From NCBI GenBank assembly GCA_965240325.2, contig OZ251228.1, forward strand, positions 744,001 to 808,000: 64,000 bases of DNA. Direction: 5' to 3'. The notes under the pieces were generated by a model, which did no database searches, was not told the origin of the DNA, and was given only the letters and a program-made list of their open reading frames with translations. A program made the translations under genes and the position numbers. Positions 11,015-23,078 of this stretch are shown here, in pieces. Source of the stretch: Rebecca billardiae RCC1528. Its lineage: Eukaryota > Protista > Haptophyta. Within the stretch, counting starts at the first letter, position 1. Each line of letters opens with the position of its first letter.

Positions 11015-12598
11015 TCACATATCACCGGCGCGCGCACGCATTAGCGCGGACGGATCCGGAGACGCAGCTCGGTCGTGCGCGTGTCGTAGCCTTAGTGCTC
11101 GGCTCTCGAGCTCCATCCAGAGCACGTCGAACGCTCCGCCAAACACGCCACCAACCAGGGATGGCTCGGACTCCGTGCCACTCGCTGCGGGCTGGGGCTG
11201 CAGCCCTCCGACGGCTCCCGCAGGATTTGGGTCCTCCGCGCTGCGACTCGCGTTGTGCTGCCGCCGCTGCGCAACCGGCGAGCCGGTAGTATCGTCCATG
11301 TCGCGCGCGGGCAGGGCATGCGCAAGCTCGTGCATCTGCCGCGCGAGACGCTTGAGCACGTGCTGGGCGTGCGAGCTGTTCGCTCCCGCGGAGTACGGCC
11401 ATTCCCACCAGGTGAGTGCGCGAGCGCGTCGCACGCCCGCTCGCAGCCTCTCGAGCTGCGCAGCGGGCAGTGCGCGCAGGGTGCTGATCAGCCTGCCGCT
11501 CATGAGCTGCTTGTCTGGCACGGAGAGCGTCCACTCGTCTGGCGCAATGGCCCAGCCGAACGGAAGGATGACCTCGTGCGGAGCGCCGACGAGCACGGGG
11601 ACGCAGCCCGAGAGCACGGCGGCATAGAGCCGGCGCGAGTTGCGCGTGTCGCCCCCGACGACAGGACAGAAGACGCTCTGGCGCATGCGCTCGCGCCAGC
11701 CTGCATTCTTGGCGTGCACGGTGCCGTTTTTCACGCCCGCCCGCCCTGTGAACTCGACGGCGACGCAGTCCTTCTCCGCGCGCAGCGCGCGCAGCACTTT
11801 GCGCCGGTACCTCTCCCCAAAGCCACCGTGCACGGAGCCGTAAAAAAACGCAAACACCGGCCGGCTAGTGCTGGCCCACGCAGCGGACGCGCCAGCGGTG
11901 GGCGGCTCCGGCTGCTGCCGCGCGAGCGCCGTCCAGTACGGGCCGAGCTGTGGGTATGGAAGCACGATGTGCCGCTTCGTGTCGGCACCTGGCGGCAGCT
12001 CGGTGGCGAGCATCTGCACCTCGACCGCTCCAAATCTCGACAGCCATGGCGGCTGCGGTGGCGGCTCCTTGCCCGGCGCGAGCGTGCCGCTCGCGCCCGC
12101 CTTGCTCGCGAAATAGGTGACCATGCCGAGCGGGGATACCCTGGCCGGTTCTTTCGAAAGCACCATCACGTGGTCCCGCCCTCCTCGCCGGCGCCACCAG
12201 CGGTCGGTCTGATTCGCCACGCGCGTCCACACACCACCGTCCCGAAAGGCCACACGTCGATACAGCGCCTCGTGGGCGCGCGATCTCAGTCTGCCGCCGT
12301 TGGGTTGGAGGCGCTGGTCCATCGCAATGTAGTAGGGCACGAAGAACAGGTCGGCCTCCTCGGGCTCGAGCGTGCGCGCGGGGTGCTGCAGCAACCACGC
12401 ATGCAGCATGACCTCAGACGCCCACTGCGAAAAGGAGCAATCATTGTCACAAAGCACGTTGTTGCCGACGCGAACGTCGGCATCGAGCAGGCCGAGGTTG
12501 AAGGACCGAGGCAGATCATACACGAATATGCGCGCCCGCGGCGGCGCCGTGCTCGACGCGGCCATGCCCAGCGTGAGTGACGCGAGCAGCGCCGCCAT
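11015..12598 (-). CDS. Exostosin family glycosyltransferase (GT47)
   Basis: Signal/anchor N-terminus; 'RIFVYDLP', 'RTLEPEEADLFFVPYY', 'WWRRRGGRDHVMV', 'MRQSVFCPVVGGDTRNSRRLYAAVLSGCVPV...VILPF'. Confidence 0.92.
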   Translation of the reverse strand: MAALLASLTLGMAASSTAPPRARIFVYDLPRSFNLGLLDADVRVGNNVLCDNDCSFSQWASEVMLHAWLLQHPARTLEPEEADLFFVPYYIAMDQRLQPNGGRLRSRAHEALYRRVAFRDGGVWTRVANQTDRWWRRRGGRDHVMVLSKEPARVSPLGMVTYFASKAGASGTLAPGKEPPPQPPWLSRFGAVEVQMLATELPPGADTKRHIVLPYPQLGPYWTALARQQPEPPTAGASAAWASTSRPVFAFFYGSVHGGFGERYRRKVLRALRAEKDCVAVEFTGRAGVKNGTVHAKNAGWRERMRQSVFCPVVGGDTRNSRRLYAAVLSGCVPVLVGAPHEVILPFGWAIAPDEWTLSVPDKQLMSGRLISTLRALPAAQLERLRAGVRRARALTWWEWPYSAGANSSHAQHVLKRLARQMHELAHALPARDMDDTTGSPVAQRRQHNASRSAEDPNPAGAVGGLQPQPAASGTESEPSLVGGVFGGAFDVLWMELESRALRLRHAHDRAASPDPSALMRARAGDM

Positions 12599-12730
12599 CG
12601 ACGATGGCGACGAACCTCGTTCGGCGGAACGGACGAATAAGTTCATTATTTGTTTTTTGACGTGCGTACGTTAAAACATAGTAAACTGTACGGCTAAGCA
12701 GTTTCACGTGTCGACGATCGGGCACTAACC

Positions 12731-12811
12731 TTAAATTCCCCTTTATAATAACGGGCTCCGGGTCATCAGACTGGCGGCCGAAGCCTCCAGCCCTACCCTG
12801 GCCAGCCCCCA
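12731..12811 (-). repeat. Dispersed hairpin-containing repeat (retroposon-like 3' end), copy 1
   Basis: Reverse complement matches 37963-38042 and, at its 3' part, 29528-29569. Confidence 0.75.
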
Positions 12812-13037
12812 ACCAACCACCACCCTATCACCCAACCTCAAACCACTGACCGATACACCAAGTGCCTTGACACCACTCCGCTGTGGACAGCCCGGCCGCC
12901 GACGAATCAGGAGACCCGCGTCGTCCTACCTGTGTCGTTAATAAATCATAGAATGAGTACGACGACGACGTCTAGCTCTTATCTAGTTCTGCTGCTTGCA
13001 ATAGTAACGCTCATAAACTGCTATGTCCCCCATACTA

Positions 13038-13087
13038 CAATCTCGCCTGCCTGAGCTGTGTGCGTCTCTTATTCTTAGTAAACTGTA
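13038..13087. repeat. Solo TIR of Tc1/mariner-type MITE family B
   Basis: caatctcgcctgcctgagctgtgtgcgtctcttattcttagtaaactgta matches the right TIR of 30496-30716. Confidence 0.8.
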
Positions 13088-13121
13088 TAGTAGTATGCTC
13101 GCTAGTACGTACAGTTAGCCT

Positions 13122-16008
13122 TCAGGTGTCAGGGACCGGCGGCGTGGCGTGGCCGGTGGCGCTGCCGCCGCCCGCCGAGGCATCCGCCGCGGCCGGCCCC
13201 GTCGCGGCGTCGAGCTTCGCCTTGACGCGCAGCGCGTACTTTCGGAGCCCCTCGTCCGCGGCCTCGGCCGCGATGCGCGCGACCACGGCGGGGAGCTGCG
13301 TGCCGCGCAGCGCGTCGCAGCACGGCGCGTACGCGCACAGCGAGCCGAGGCTGAACAGAGCGATCTTACACGGCTGCAAGTCTGACTCTGTCTGCGCGGA
13401 GCGCCAGCGCTCGACCAGGGCCGCGAGCCCGCTCACCGCGCCGCAGCGCAGCAGCTCCTCGCACAGCGCGCCCGAGTTGCGCACGAGGTTCCCCAGCGCG
13501 CCTGCGCGCGCGCGCCGCGCCGGCGCGTGAGGAGCGCCTCGCCGCGTGCGTGCGCGCGAGGGCGCGGCTCGCGCGCGCGCTTGCGCGCGGCGCGCGGACG
13601 CACCGGCCGCGTTGGCGCGGGACTTGGGGTCGGGGTCGTGGACGGCGATGGCTGTGAGGGGCCCAACGCACGCGCGCAGCTCCGGGTACAGCTGGGCGGA
13701 GTGGAAGGCCGCGTTGCCTGCGCCGCGCGGCGGCGGGGCCGGGGGCGGAGCGCGCGCGCGGCGCGTCGAGCGGTGGTTGGCGCGCGGCGGCGCGCGGCGG
13801 CCGTGGCAGCGCGTGCGGCGCGCGTCGGCGCGTTGGCGCGCACCGATGGCGAAGGCTGCAAACTTGCGCGTGGGCCCGTCGGCGTCCGCGCAGCAGCGCG
13901 CGAGCAGCGCGACGAGGCCGTGCGCCTGCAGCTCGGGGTAGAAGCCCGCCGAGTGGCGGCACAGGTTGCCCACCAGGTTGCACGCCTTGGCGCGAACGCT
14001 CCCCTCGGCATGCGCGAGCAGCGCGCGCAGCGCGGGCGCGACGCGCGCGTGCGCGACGAGCGAGTGTGCGTGCTGCGCGGAGAGGCGGGCGAGGTGGCTG
14101 ACGGTGAGCAGCACGTCGACGAGGACGTTGGGCGGGCTGTGCGCGCCGAGCATCCGGTGCAGGAACGCCTCGGACAGCCCGCCCGCCTGCGCGAACTGGT
14201 GAGCGAAGCTGTCCGCGCCGAGCGCGAGGCGACACGTTAACGAGAGCAAGAGCTCAAACCGTTCCGAGCCGCCGCCGAGGCCGTCGGGGCCGGCGGAGGC
14301 GAGGCGGAGCAGGTGCGAGATGATGTGCAGCCGCAGCAGCCGCGCCTGCAGCTGCGCCACCGCCGAGCCGCCGCCCGCCGCGCCGTCCGAGCGCGCGCTC
14401 GCGCCGCCGCCGCCACCACCCGTGCAGCTGCACACAAGAACATGAACAACCGCCCGCACGAGCGCAGAAGCCATCGAGGTACCGCCGCCGCGGCCCGGGC
14501 TGAGCGCGCCGATGGCGTGCAGCGAGCTGCCGTGCAGCTGCGCGCAGAGCAGCTCGACCATCTCGCCGCCACGCACCACCAGCTCGGCGCACGACGGCGC
14601 GCCGCCGCCGAGCCCGCCGCCCGCCGCGCCGCCGTCTGCGGCGGCGGCGGCGGCGGCTGTGGCCGCGGCGGCGGCGGCGGCCGCGGCGCGCGGCGTTGTG
14701 GCCGCCGGCGCGCCCGCGCTCACGAGTGCGACATGGATGGCGCTCACGCACGAGACGCGCCCGCTCGGTGTGATCAGCGCGAGCTCGAAGGGCGAGCACC
14801 CGCCCGAGCGCACCTCGCCGCCCTCGTCCTCCTCCTCGTCGTCCGCGCGCGCGCGGCGCGCGAGCGGCGCGCACAGCTGCGGCCACAGCGGCGAGGCGAC
14901 GGTGGCGCGCGCGAGGGCGGCTCCATGCGGCGCGCTCGCCAGGCAGCGGTGGAGAAGGGCGAAGGCGGGGTCGAGCAGGCCGACGCGCGCGCCTCCGAAG
15001 CAGCTGCCCAGCACAAACTCGAGCGAGAGCTCCGCGCCACCATCGCCGCCGCCGCCCTCCTCGCCGCCAACGCCGCCGCCAACAGCGCCGCCAACGCCGC
15101 AGTTCGACGCCGCGGCCGAGCCGGCCGCGGCCGCGGCCGCGCCGAGTGCGGCCGCGCCGAGTGCGGCGGTGATCATCTCGTGCACAGCTACGAGCAGGGG
15201 CACGCGGCGCCAGCCGTCGGGCCCGGCCTCCGCCGCGCCCTCCGCCGCGCCGCACAGCGCTTCGAGCAGCTCCGTCCGCCACGGCGCCGCCGCGTGCGCG
15301 CTCGCTCGAATCAGCTGCGCAGCGCAAAGCATTGAGCACGCGCGAGCCGCGTGCGCGGACGGCGGCGGCGCGCGGTGCGTGGCGCCGGGTGCGGTGCGCG
15401 TCGGCGGCGCGCCGATGGCGTCTGCTGCGCAGCGCAGCGCGACCGAGCGCGCCTCGGCGCCCTGCAGCGCCGCGTCCAGCGTCTCGCCGTTGGCCTGTGC
15501 GAGCAGAACTCCACACAGCGCGCGCCGCAGCGCAAGCCTCCGCCGCGCGCCCTCGCCGCCGCCGCCGCCGCCGCGCCGCCGCGCGTCCGCGCCGCCGCCG
15601 GCCGCGCGCGCATGCGGCGCTGCAAGGGACCCAAGAAGCGCGCGCAGCGTCTCCGCGTCCGCCGCGCGCGGTGCGCCCTGGCTCGGCTGCGAGAGCGCGA
15701 GCTGTAGCAGCACACGCGCCGCGCACTCGCGCGCGCGCGCGCGCACGCGCGCCGCGCCTGCGGTGCCCTCGCCTGCGCCGCCGTCGTCTGCACCGCCCGC
15801 GCCGCCGGCGGCGGCGGCGGCGGCGTCGTCGTCATGCGGCGCGCAGAGCAAGCCTTGCAACGCGGCGCGCGCGAGCGGCGCGCGCGCCAGCTCGGCGGCG
15901 AGCTGCTGGCACAGCCGATCGCCCAGCGCCATCAGCCGCGAGATTGCGATCTCGCGCTCTGCGTCTGCGCGCCGCGAGATTGCGATCTCGCGCCCTGCGG
16001 CTGCGCGC

Positions 16009-16041
<33 letters not shown>

Positions 16042-16722
16042 GGCCGCGAGGCCGCGCCACCCACGCCGCCATCGTCGCCGTCGTCGTCGTCGTCGTCGTC
16101 GTCGTCGCAGTCGTCGTCGTCGCCGTCGTCGGCCGCACCATCCACGGGGTGCACGATGGCGGCGAGCGCACACACAATCTCCGCCGCGAGATCGCCCTCC
16201 CCCTCGTCGTCCCCTGCGCCGCCATCGTCGCCATCGCCCCCCGCGCGCACGCCACGCGCCGCCTCTGTCCAGTCCGCGCCGCCGCGCGGCGCCGAGCCCT
16301 GCGCGGCCGCCGCCGCCGCCGCCGCCAGGCCGTGCGCACTCGCGAACAGACGGCGCGCGGTCGGCTCGCCTTCGTCGTCGCCGTGCTCGCGCGCCGCGGC
16401 GCTGAGCTGGCTCGCTCCGAGCTCCAGGCTGAGAGAGCGCAGCGCGTGTGCGTCCGCTAGCGCGGCGTACGCTGCGCGTGCGATCGGTAGCGGCGGCGGC
16501 GGCGGTGCCTCCGCGCCCGCGCTTGCGCCGGCGCGGGCGCGCGCCGGCGGCGCCGGTGGCTCGCCGCCGAGCGCGCCGGCCACGCCGACGACAAGCCGCC
16601 GTAGCGCACGCACATACTCGAGTGCGAGCGCGCGGCCCGCGCGCGAGGCGTGCGCGCGCGCGCGGGCCTCGTCGGAATCGGCGGAGCCCGGAGGCTGCTG
16701 GCCTGGTGGCGTGCGCTGCGCC

Positions 16723-16765
<43 letters not shown>

Positions 16766-19700
16766 TGGCTGTGCCCTCCTGCGTGGTGCAGCCGGGGTGC
16801 GCGGCCGCGGCGGCGGCGGCGGCGGCGGCTGGCAGGAGCCAAGCGCTCAGCGCCGGCAGAGTCGCCGCGGCCACCTCCGTCCACGCCGCACGGCGCTCGG
16901 TCCAACGCTCGGCGTTCGCCGCGCGCAGCTCCGCGCCGAGCAGTCGCAGCGCGCTCTGCACGCGCGCGCACGCCGCGCCCGCGCCGCCGCCCTCGCCGCC
17001 CTCGGATGGCCAAGCGCTCGCGAGCTCAAGACCCGCCGCTCTGCCGTCGAGCGAAAGGACGCTCAGCACCGCGCAGCGTAGCTCGGTGCCCGCGCGGCCG
17101 AGCGTGCCGTCCGGCGCGGCGGCGCCCTCCGCCGGGCGCGCGCCGCCGAGCGCTGCGCGCGCGCGCACGAGCGCGCACGCCGCGCGCAGCGCAGAGCACA
17201 GCGCGGTGTGCGCGCGCGCGCTCAGCGCGTGCGGCGCGTCTGCGGGGCTGTCTCGCGCGTGTGCGGCGGCGGCGCGCGGCGCGCCGAGTGCGCTCACACG
17301 CTCATCCTGCACAGTGCGCACCACAGCCGCGCGCCGCGCCGCGCGCTCGAGCGCCTCGAGCAGCGGCTCGGAGCAAAGGGCGGCCGTGTACGCCGCGCGC
17401 GCGGCCGCGCCCGCGCGCGCCGCGCCGCCGCCGGCCGCGCCGCCGCCGCGTGCGCGCAGCAGCGCTGGCTCTAGGCGCTCTAGAGCGTCGGCAACGGCGC
17501 GCAGGCGCGCGCCGGCCTCGTCCTCGGCGCGCTCGTCCGCGGCGGTGGAGGCCGCGGTGGCCCGCTGAGCGCCGCCGCCGCGCTCCGCCGCCGCCGCCGC
17601 CGCCTCGGCCTCCGCCGCGGTCCTCAAGTCCTCCAGGCAAAGTTGCAGCGCGCGCGCGCGCTCGTGCGCACCCGCGCCGTCGCCCTCCGCGCCCGCCTCG
17701 GCACCGAGGGGCGTGCCCGGCCGCACAGCGGCGTGCGGCTCGGCCGAGCCCCAGCCGCCCCGCGCCGCGCCGTCGGCCGCGCCGTCTGAAGACGACACGA
17801 CAGCTGTGCTCAGCGCTGCGCCGTCCGAAGCCGCGACTGCAGTTGCGCCCGCCGCTTCGGGCGAGCAGGAGGTGGCGCCGCCGCCGCCGGCAGGCGTGCC
17901 GCCCAGCGTCAGCATGGCTGCCGCCGGCGGCGTGGAGCCCGCGGCGGAGTGCGCGGTGGCGGTGGGCGAGGCGCTCGCCGCGTTCGCCAGCCGCGCCGAG
18001 ATGCGCAGTGGCGAGCCCGCCGCGCCGGCGGCCGCGGCCCCGGCGGCAGACACGCCGGCGCAGCCGCGCGCACACGCGCCCAGCTCACAGCTCGACGGCA
18101 GAGCGAACGCAATCGGGAGCGCGCCCGCGCCGCCGCCGCCCCGCGAGCCGCCGGGGCTCCCGCCGCCGCCGCCGTCGGCGTCGGCGGAGCTGCCGCCGAG
18201 CGGCGGCGCGGGCGACGCGCGCTGACTGTGCTGCGGCGTGCCGGCTCCACTCAAAACCGGTGAGCTCAGAGGCGAACCGGCGGCGGCGCCCCGCACGGCG
18301 GCGACGCGCGAGCGGTACCCACCGAGCGCCGCGGCGCTCTCCGCCTCGTCGTCGTGCTGCCCGCCGCGCGGGAGCGTGCCGCGCAGCACCGCGCTCGGCT
18401 CGGACACGTGCTGGAACGGCTGCGACGGCAGCGCCTCCTCCGAGCTCGGGCCGCCGCCGGCCGCGTCGGCCGCGCTCGGCGAGGTCCGCCGCGGCTCACG
18501 TTGAGGGTGCGTGGCCGGCGGGAGCGGGGCGGAGGGCGCGGTCGGGGACGCGTCGCCGGCGCAGCCGTGGGGCGGCAGCGAGCCCTCCGCCCGCGCGCCG
18601 GGCGGCAGCGCGCCGCTGCCACCCACGCCGTGCCCGCCGCCACCAAACCCGCGCGCACAGCTCGGCTGCTCGTCCCGAGGCAACGGCGTGGCCGCGAGGA
18701 GCACGGCGTCCTCGCGCTCCGCGAGCAGCGCGGCGCTGTACGGCGGGCGCAGCGCGTTGTACGGCGGCACCGGCTGCGACGGGGTGCCCACAGCCGCCGC
18801 CGCCGCCGCCGCCGCCGCGCCACCGCCGACGCCGCCGCCGGGCGTGCCGCCGCCGCCGCCATCGGAAGGCGTGGCCACCTCAGGGACGGCCGATGGCCGC
18901 GAGAGCGCAGATCCGCCAACGGCCTCCGGGCGTGCGGGCGAGCCCGGCGCGCCGTGCGCGGCGCCCGGCGCCACGCCCTCGTCGGCGGTGGGCGGCAGCA
19001 CCGAGAGGAACGCGCCTGGATTCTCGCGCCGCAGCCGATATGCGTGCGCTGGGATGCGTAGAGCGCTCGCGCGCGCGGGCGCGGCCGCCGGCGCCGCCGC
19101 GCCCTCAGCCGCGCCGTCCGCGCGCGCCTCCGCGCGCGACACGAAGGCGTGCCGGAGCAGCGCGGGCCACGCCAGCCGGTGGCGCGGCGCCTTGGTGAGC
19201 AGCCCGCCGAGGAACGAGCGGAACTCCTCCGAGATCCCCGCCGGGTATTTCACCTCGTCGCGCACGATCAGTTGAATCAGCGAGTAAATATTCGTCGTGT
19301 AAAACGGAGGCGCGCCGCAGTACAGCTCGTACAGGATCACGCCGAGCGACCACAGGTCGGCGGTGTGGTTGTACGGCTGCTCCTGCACCAGCTCAGGCGC
19401 CATGTACAGCGGCGTCCCCTTGATCGACGTGAGCACCATCGTCTGCGCAGACATGGCGCGAGCAAACCTGCGCGCGCGGCCGAGCGAGCGCCGCCGTGCC
19501 AGCGCCGCCGCCGCCGCTCAGCTCAGCTCGCGCCGCCTCCCGCCGCCGCCGCGCGCGCGCGCGCGCGTGCGCGCGCACCCAAAGTCGCACAGCTTCACCG
19601 TCGAGTTGGCGCCGAGCAGGATGTTCTGCGGCTTCATGTCGCGGTGGATCACTCGGTGCGAGTGCAGATAGTGCAGGGCTGCGACGAGCTGGCGCGCGAT

Positions 19701-20139
19701 CGAGCGCACCTCGGCCTCGGGGAGCGACTGGTCGTCCTCGAGGATCTCGAAGAGCTCGCCCTGCGCGTACTCCATCACCACGCAGAACTCCGCCTCCGTC
19801 TCGAAGTGGTCGAGCATCAGGATGATGTTCTCGTGTCGCAGCTGCCGCAAGATTTCAATCTCCTGAGGGCGGGATGGCGGCACGGGCGGCGTCGGGCGCG
19901 GCGCGCGCGTCATGGGGGCAGGCCGGCGGGCGCGGGGCCTGCACACGCGCGCGCGACGGCCAGGCGTGCCCCCCGCGCGCGCGGCGTGCCTGGCGCAGCG
20001 CCTGGATGTCCTTGCGCGACTTGTTCCCCTTCGGGATGAACTTGAGCGCGACCGTCTGCCCGCAGAACTTGCGCCGACCCTTGTACACCTTGCCGAACGA
20101 GCCCTCGCCGATCAGCTCGAGCACGTGGTAGTTCTCCAT
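13122..20139 (-). CDS. STK36: Fused/STK36 (TIO-like) Ser/Thr kinase with C-terminal ARM/HEAT repeats; introns 19863-19989 (GC-AG), 19468-19578, 13718-13843, 13502-13603
   Basis: [24 protein letters not shown]...VALKFIPK; [11 protein letters not shown]; KLCDFG|[42 protein letters not shown]; C-terminal [48 protein letters not shown] typical of Fused kinases. Confidence 0.93.
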
Positions 20140-21076
20140 CGGCGCGCTCGCGGGGCTGGCCGCGCCCCGGGGCCGGCGAACGGAGGAGGGAAGCCCCTCC
20201 CCCTTAGCGCGATTCGACAGCAGGGGCGGCCATCGTGTCAGACCGTTGGCCGGGGCTGGCTCCAGCTCAGCCGCGCGGCGCGCGCAGCGCCGAGCGCGCG
20301 CGCCGGGCGCCGGGCGGCGGCCAGCGTGTCACGATGTCACGGCGCAGCTAGAGACGCAGGCCGATGCCGCACGCACTGGCGCAGCTTGCTCCGTGCCTCC
20401 TGTCAGGCCTGCAGGTAGCGTGTCTGCCGCTTGTCGAGGCCAGCGGCTGATCTCGCGGATCGTGACGGGCCGCTCCGCGCCGCGAGCAGCTGCTGCACGT
20501 CTCACCTCGTCCAGCATGCCGCATGTCCCTGGTGCTCGCTAGGATCACCATTCTACTGACTCGGATGCGACCGAGCGCATCCAGTTGGCTCCGACTCACC
20601 GGCTCTTCCATGACCGCCCCTGAGCGTCCCAGCGCCCGCGCACTGACATGCTGGCCGAGACGCGCGGATGCTGTGAGCTTGGCGGGTGCGTCAGCGGGTT
20701 CCGACCTTTCTTCAAACCGCGCTTTGCTCGAAAAAGGGTTCCCTTCGCCGAAGTGCGTTGCAAACCGACTCAGCCACAAGTAGGCTGTGCGACTCTACAC
20801 CGACCCGGAGTGTTACGCACTCGGATCACGGCCTGCCGTCCCCGGAGGCCGGACCGCCGCCGCCGGCCGCCGGGTCCCGCGTCGGAGCGGCACCCGTCAG
20901 ACCGGCGGACCGCGCGGTAACGTGCGCACGCTGCCGTCCGCGCCCAGAGGAGGTTATCAGTACAGCCTGACGAAACTACTCAGCTACTGTAGGTGCAATT
21001 CAGCATCACCACGCTGGACGAAACGAGCCAATAAGCCGCACGCACCGACCCACCCGCCGCCCGGACCCTCTGCCAG

Positions 21077-21463
21077 TCACGACGGCGATGATGGCAAAGG
21101 CACCGCGGGAAGTGAGCGGCCGCGGCGCACCTGCCGCAGGGGCTGCACCTCCAGGGCGCCCGGCGGCTCTCCGACGGCGGCGGGCGGACCGTGTCGCCGC
21201 ACAGAGTCGCTACCACCATTCATCGCCGGCGCCTTGCGCGCTGCGCCGAGCGGCGCGAGCGCCTCGCCGCGCGCCGCCGCGGCCGCGCCGCCACGGCCAG
21301 GCTGCCCCGCCGCCACCGTCCGCGCCGAGCGCTCGCTCTCGGCCGAGCCCGGCCTGCGCAGCAGCGCAATCAGCGCAGCCTCGTTGCCGCGCAGCCGCGC
21401 GCCCAGCCGCTGCGTCTCCTCCGAGAAAGGGAAGATGCACCGCCACCCACCGACCAGCGAGCT

Positions 21464-21508
<45 letters not shown>

Positions 21509-23029
21509 CGCCGCGTGCGCCGCCGCCGCGGCGCCGCCGGATAGCGCGCGCGCAGGCGCCGAGAGGCGCCGCTGGGCGGCAGGCTGGGCGCTGGGCTGTG
21601 ACGAGACCGATGCCCTGCGCGGGGCGGCTGGCCGCACGCGGCCCGCCGCCGCGCCGCCGCGCGCCGCCGCCGCCGCCGCCGCCGCCGCTGCCGCCGCCGC
21701 GCCCGGCTTGGGCGCGGGTGGCGCCCCCCTGCGAACCGCGGCGCCGGCCCGTGGGGCGGCCGCCGCCTTGGCGGCGGCGGCGGCGGGCTCGTACTTGTCA
21801 GCGACGAGGACGTCAACCATCTCGGCGAGCATCCGCCCCTTCACGTCCACGTCCGCGTCGCTGTCCACCGCAAGCGCGGGCGACGCGTTCACCTCGAGCA
21901 GCCACAGCCGCTCAGCCGCGTCCAGTAGAACGTCAAGCCCGAACAGCTCGAAGCAGCAGCCGTTGTCGGGCACGTCGGGCGCGATGGCGAGGAGCGTGAG
22001 CAGCACGAGCCGCGCGAGCCGCGCGCGCAGCGTCGGCCGCGCGAGCGCGTGCGACGGGTGCTCGCGCGCCGCCGCCGACAGCGCGCGCTTGCACGCCGAG
22101 CCATCGCGCGCACGGTTCAGGCTCGTGTTCGTGAGGTGTGCGTGCACGTTGCCGAGGTCGCGGAGCGAGTAGGGCGCGGAGGCGAGCCGAACGAGCGCGT
22201 CGTCGTACAGCCAGACGCGGAGCGGGGTGAACGACGTGACGAGCACGTACACGCGCAGGTCCAGCTTGCGCCCGCCCAGCGTGAGCGGCGCGGGCACGTA
22301 CTGCTGCACGACGTGAAGCCTCTCGAACGGAACGCACGGCGCCGACTGCGCGCTCAGCCGCGCGCGCAGGGTGGCGAGCGTGTCCGCGACGGTGAGCTCG
22401 GCGCGCACGGCGCGCCCGCCCGTCGCCGACGGCCCGTACAGCGTCGGCGCGCTCGAGTCCGCGTCGTCGCCCTCGCCGTCCGAGCCGCTGTCCGAGCCGT
22501 CCGACCGCCAGCTTGCGCCGCCCAGCCCAAACGTGCGCTGCTCGGCGGCGAGCATCGAGATCTCGGCGGCGTCGCGGATGAGGAAGATGTTGCGGCCCTG
22601 GCTCGCGTCTGCCGGCTTGCAGATCCAGCACGCGTCCTTGCGCTGCGCCGACGCCTCGACGAAGCGGCGGTACTCGGTCGGCAGTAGGAACGACGGCGGC
22701 GTGAACGCGTACACGCTGCCGTGCACGGCGCGCATACGGCGCATGTTGCGCACGAGCGCGTCCTTCCGCGTGATGCCCATTGTGCGCGGGAAGTGGTTCA
22801 CCAGCGAGAGCGGCGACGCCGCGTCGTACTCGGACGGCTTGAACTTGCCGCCGCGCCACGTGAGCTCAGCCGGCCTGGGGTCATCGTCTTCGCACTCGTC
22901 CCAGCCCTTGGACTCGAGGGCGGTGCGCACGGCGGCCGGCGTCTTCTCGGAGAGGCGGAAGCGCGGCGGGCGCTCGGTGCCCCACAGCCGCGCGGTCGGG
23001 CTCTCCGGCTGCCCGAAGCTGAAGTCCAT
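21077..23029 (-). CDS. Tubulin-tyrosine ligase-like (TTLL) protein, probable tubulin polyglutamylase (TTLL2-like)
   Basis: VNHFPRTMGITRKDAL, WICKPADASQGRNIFL, VVQQYVPAPLTLGGRKLDLRVYVLVTS, HLTNTSLN, CFELFGLDVLLD...WLLEVNASP. Confidence 0.93.
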
Positions 23030-23078
23030 GCCCCGCGCGCGCGCCTGACCGCACCGCAGGCCGATTGACGTCCGTCAA

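Noticed and set aside
12731-12811. Possible hammerhead ribozyme (GTA + hairpin + CTGATGA)
   Set aside because: No GAAA core or stem III partner, and the other copies read GATCA; kept only as a structured repeat.
14254-19275. Very long overlapping and antisense ORFs (e.g. 14512-17568 +, 16448-19198 +), and similar ones throughout the window
   Set aside because: Ala/Arg/Pro low-complexity shadows caused by extreme GC content and stop-codon scarcity opposite real genes.
20329-20779. Short ORFs between STK36 and TTLL
   Set aside because: No coherent frame or domain; probably UTR or intergenic.
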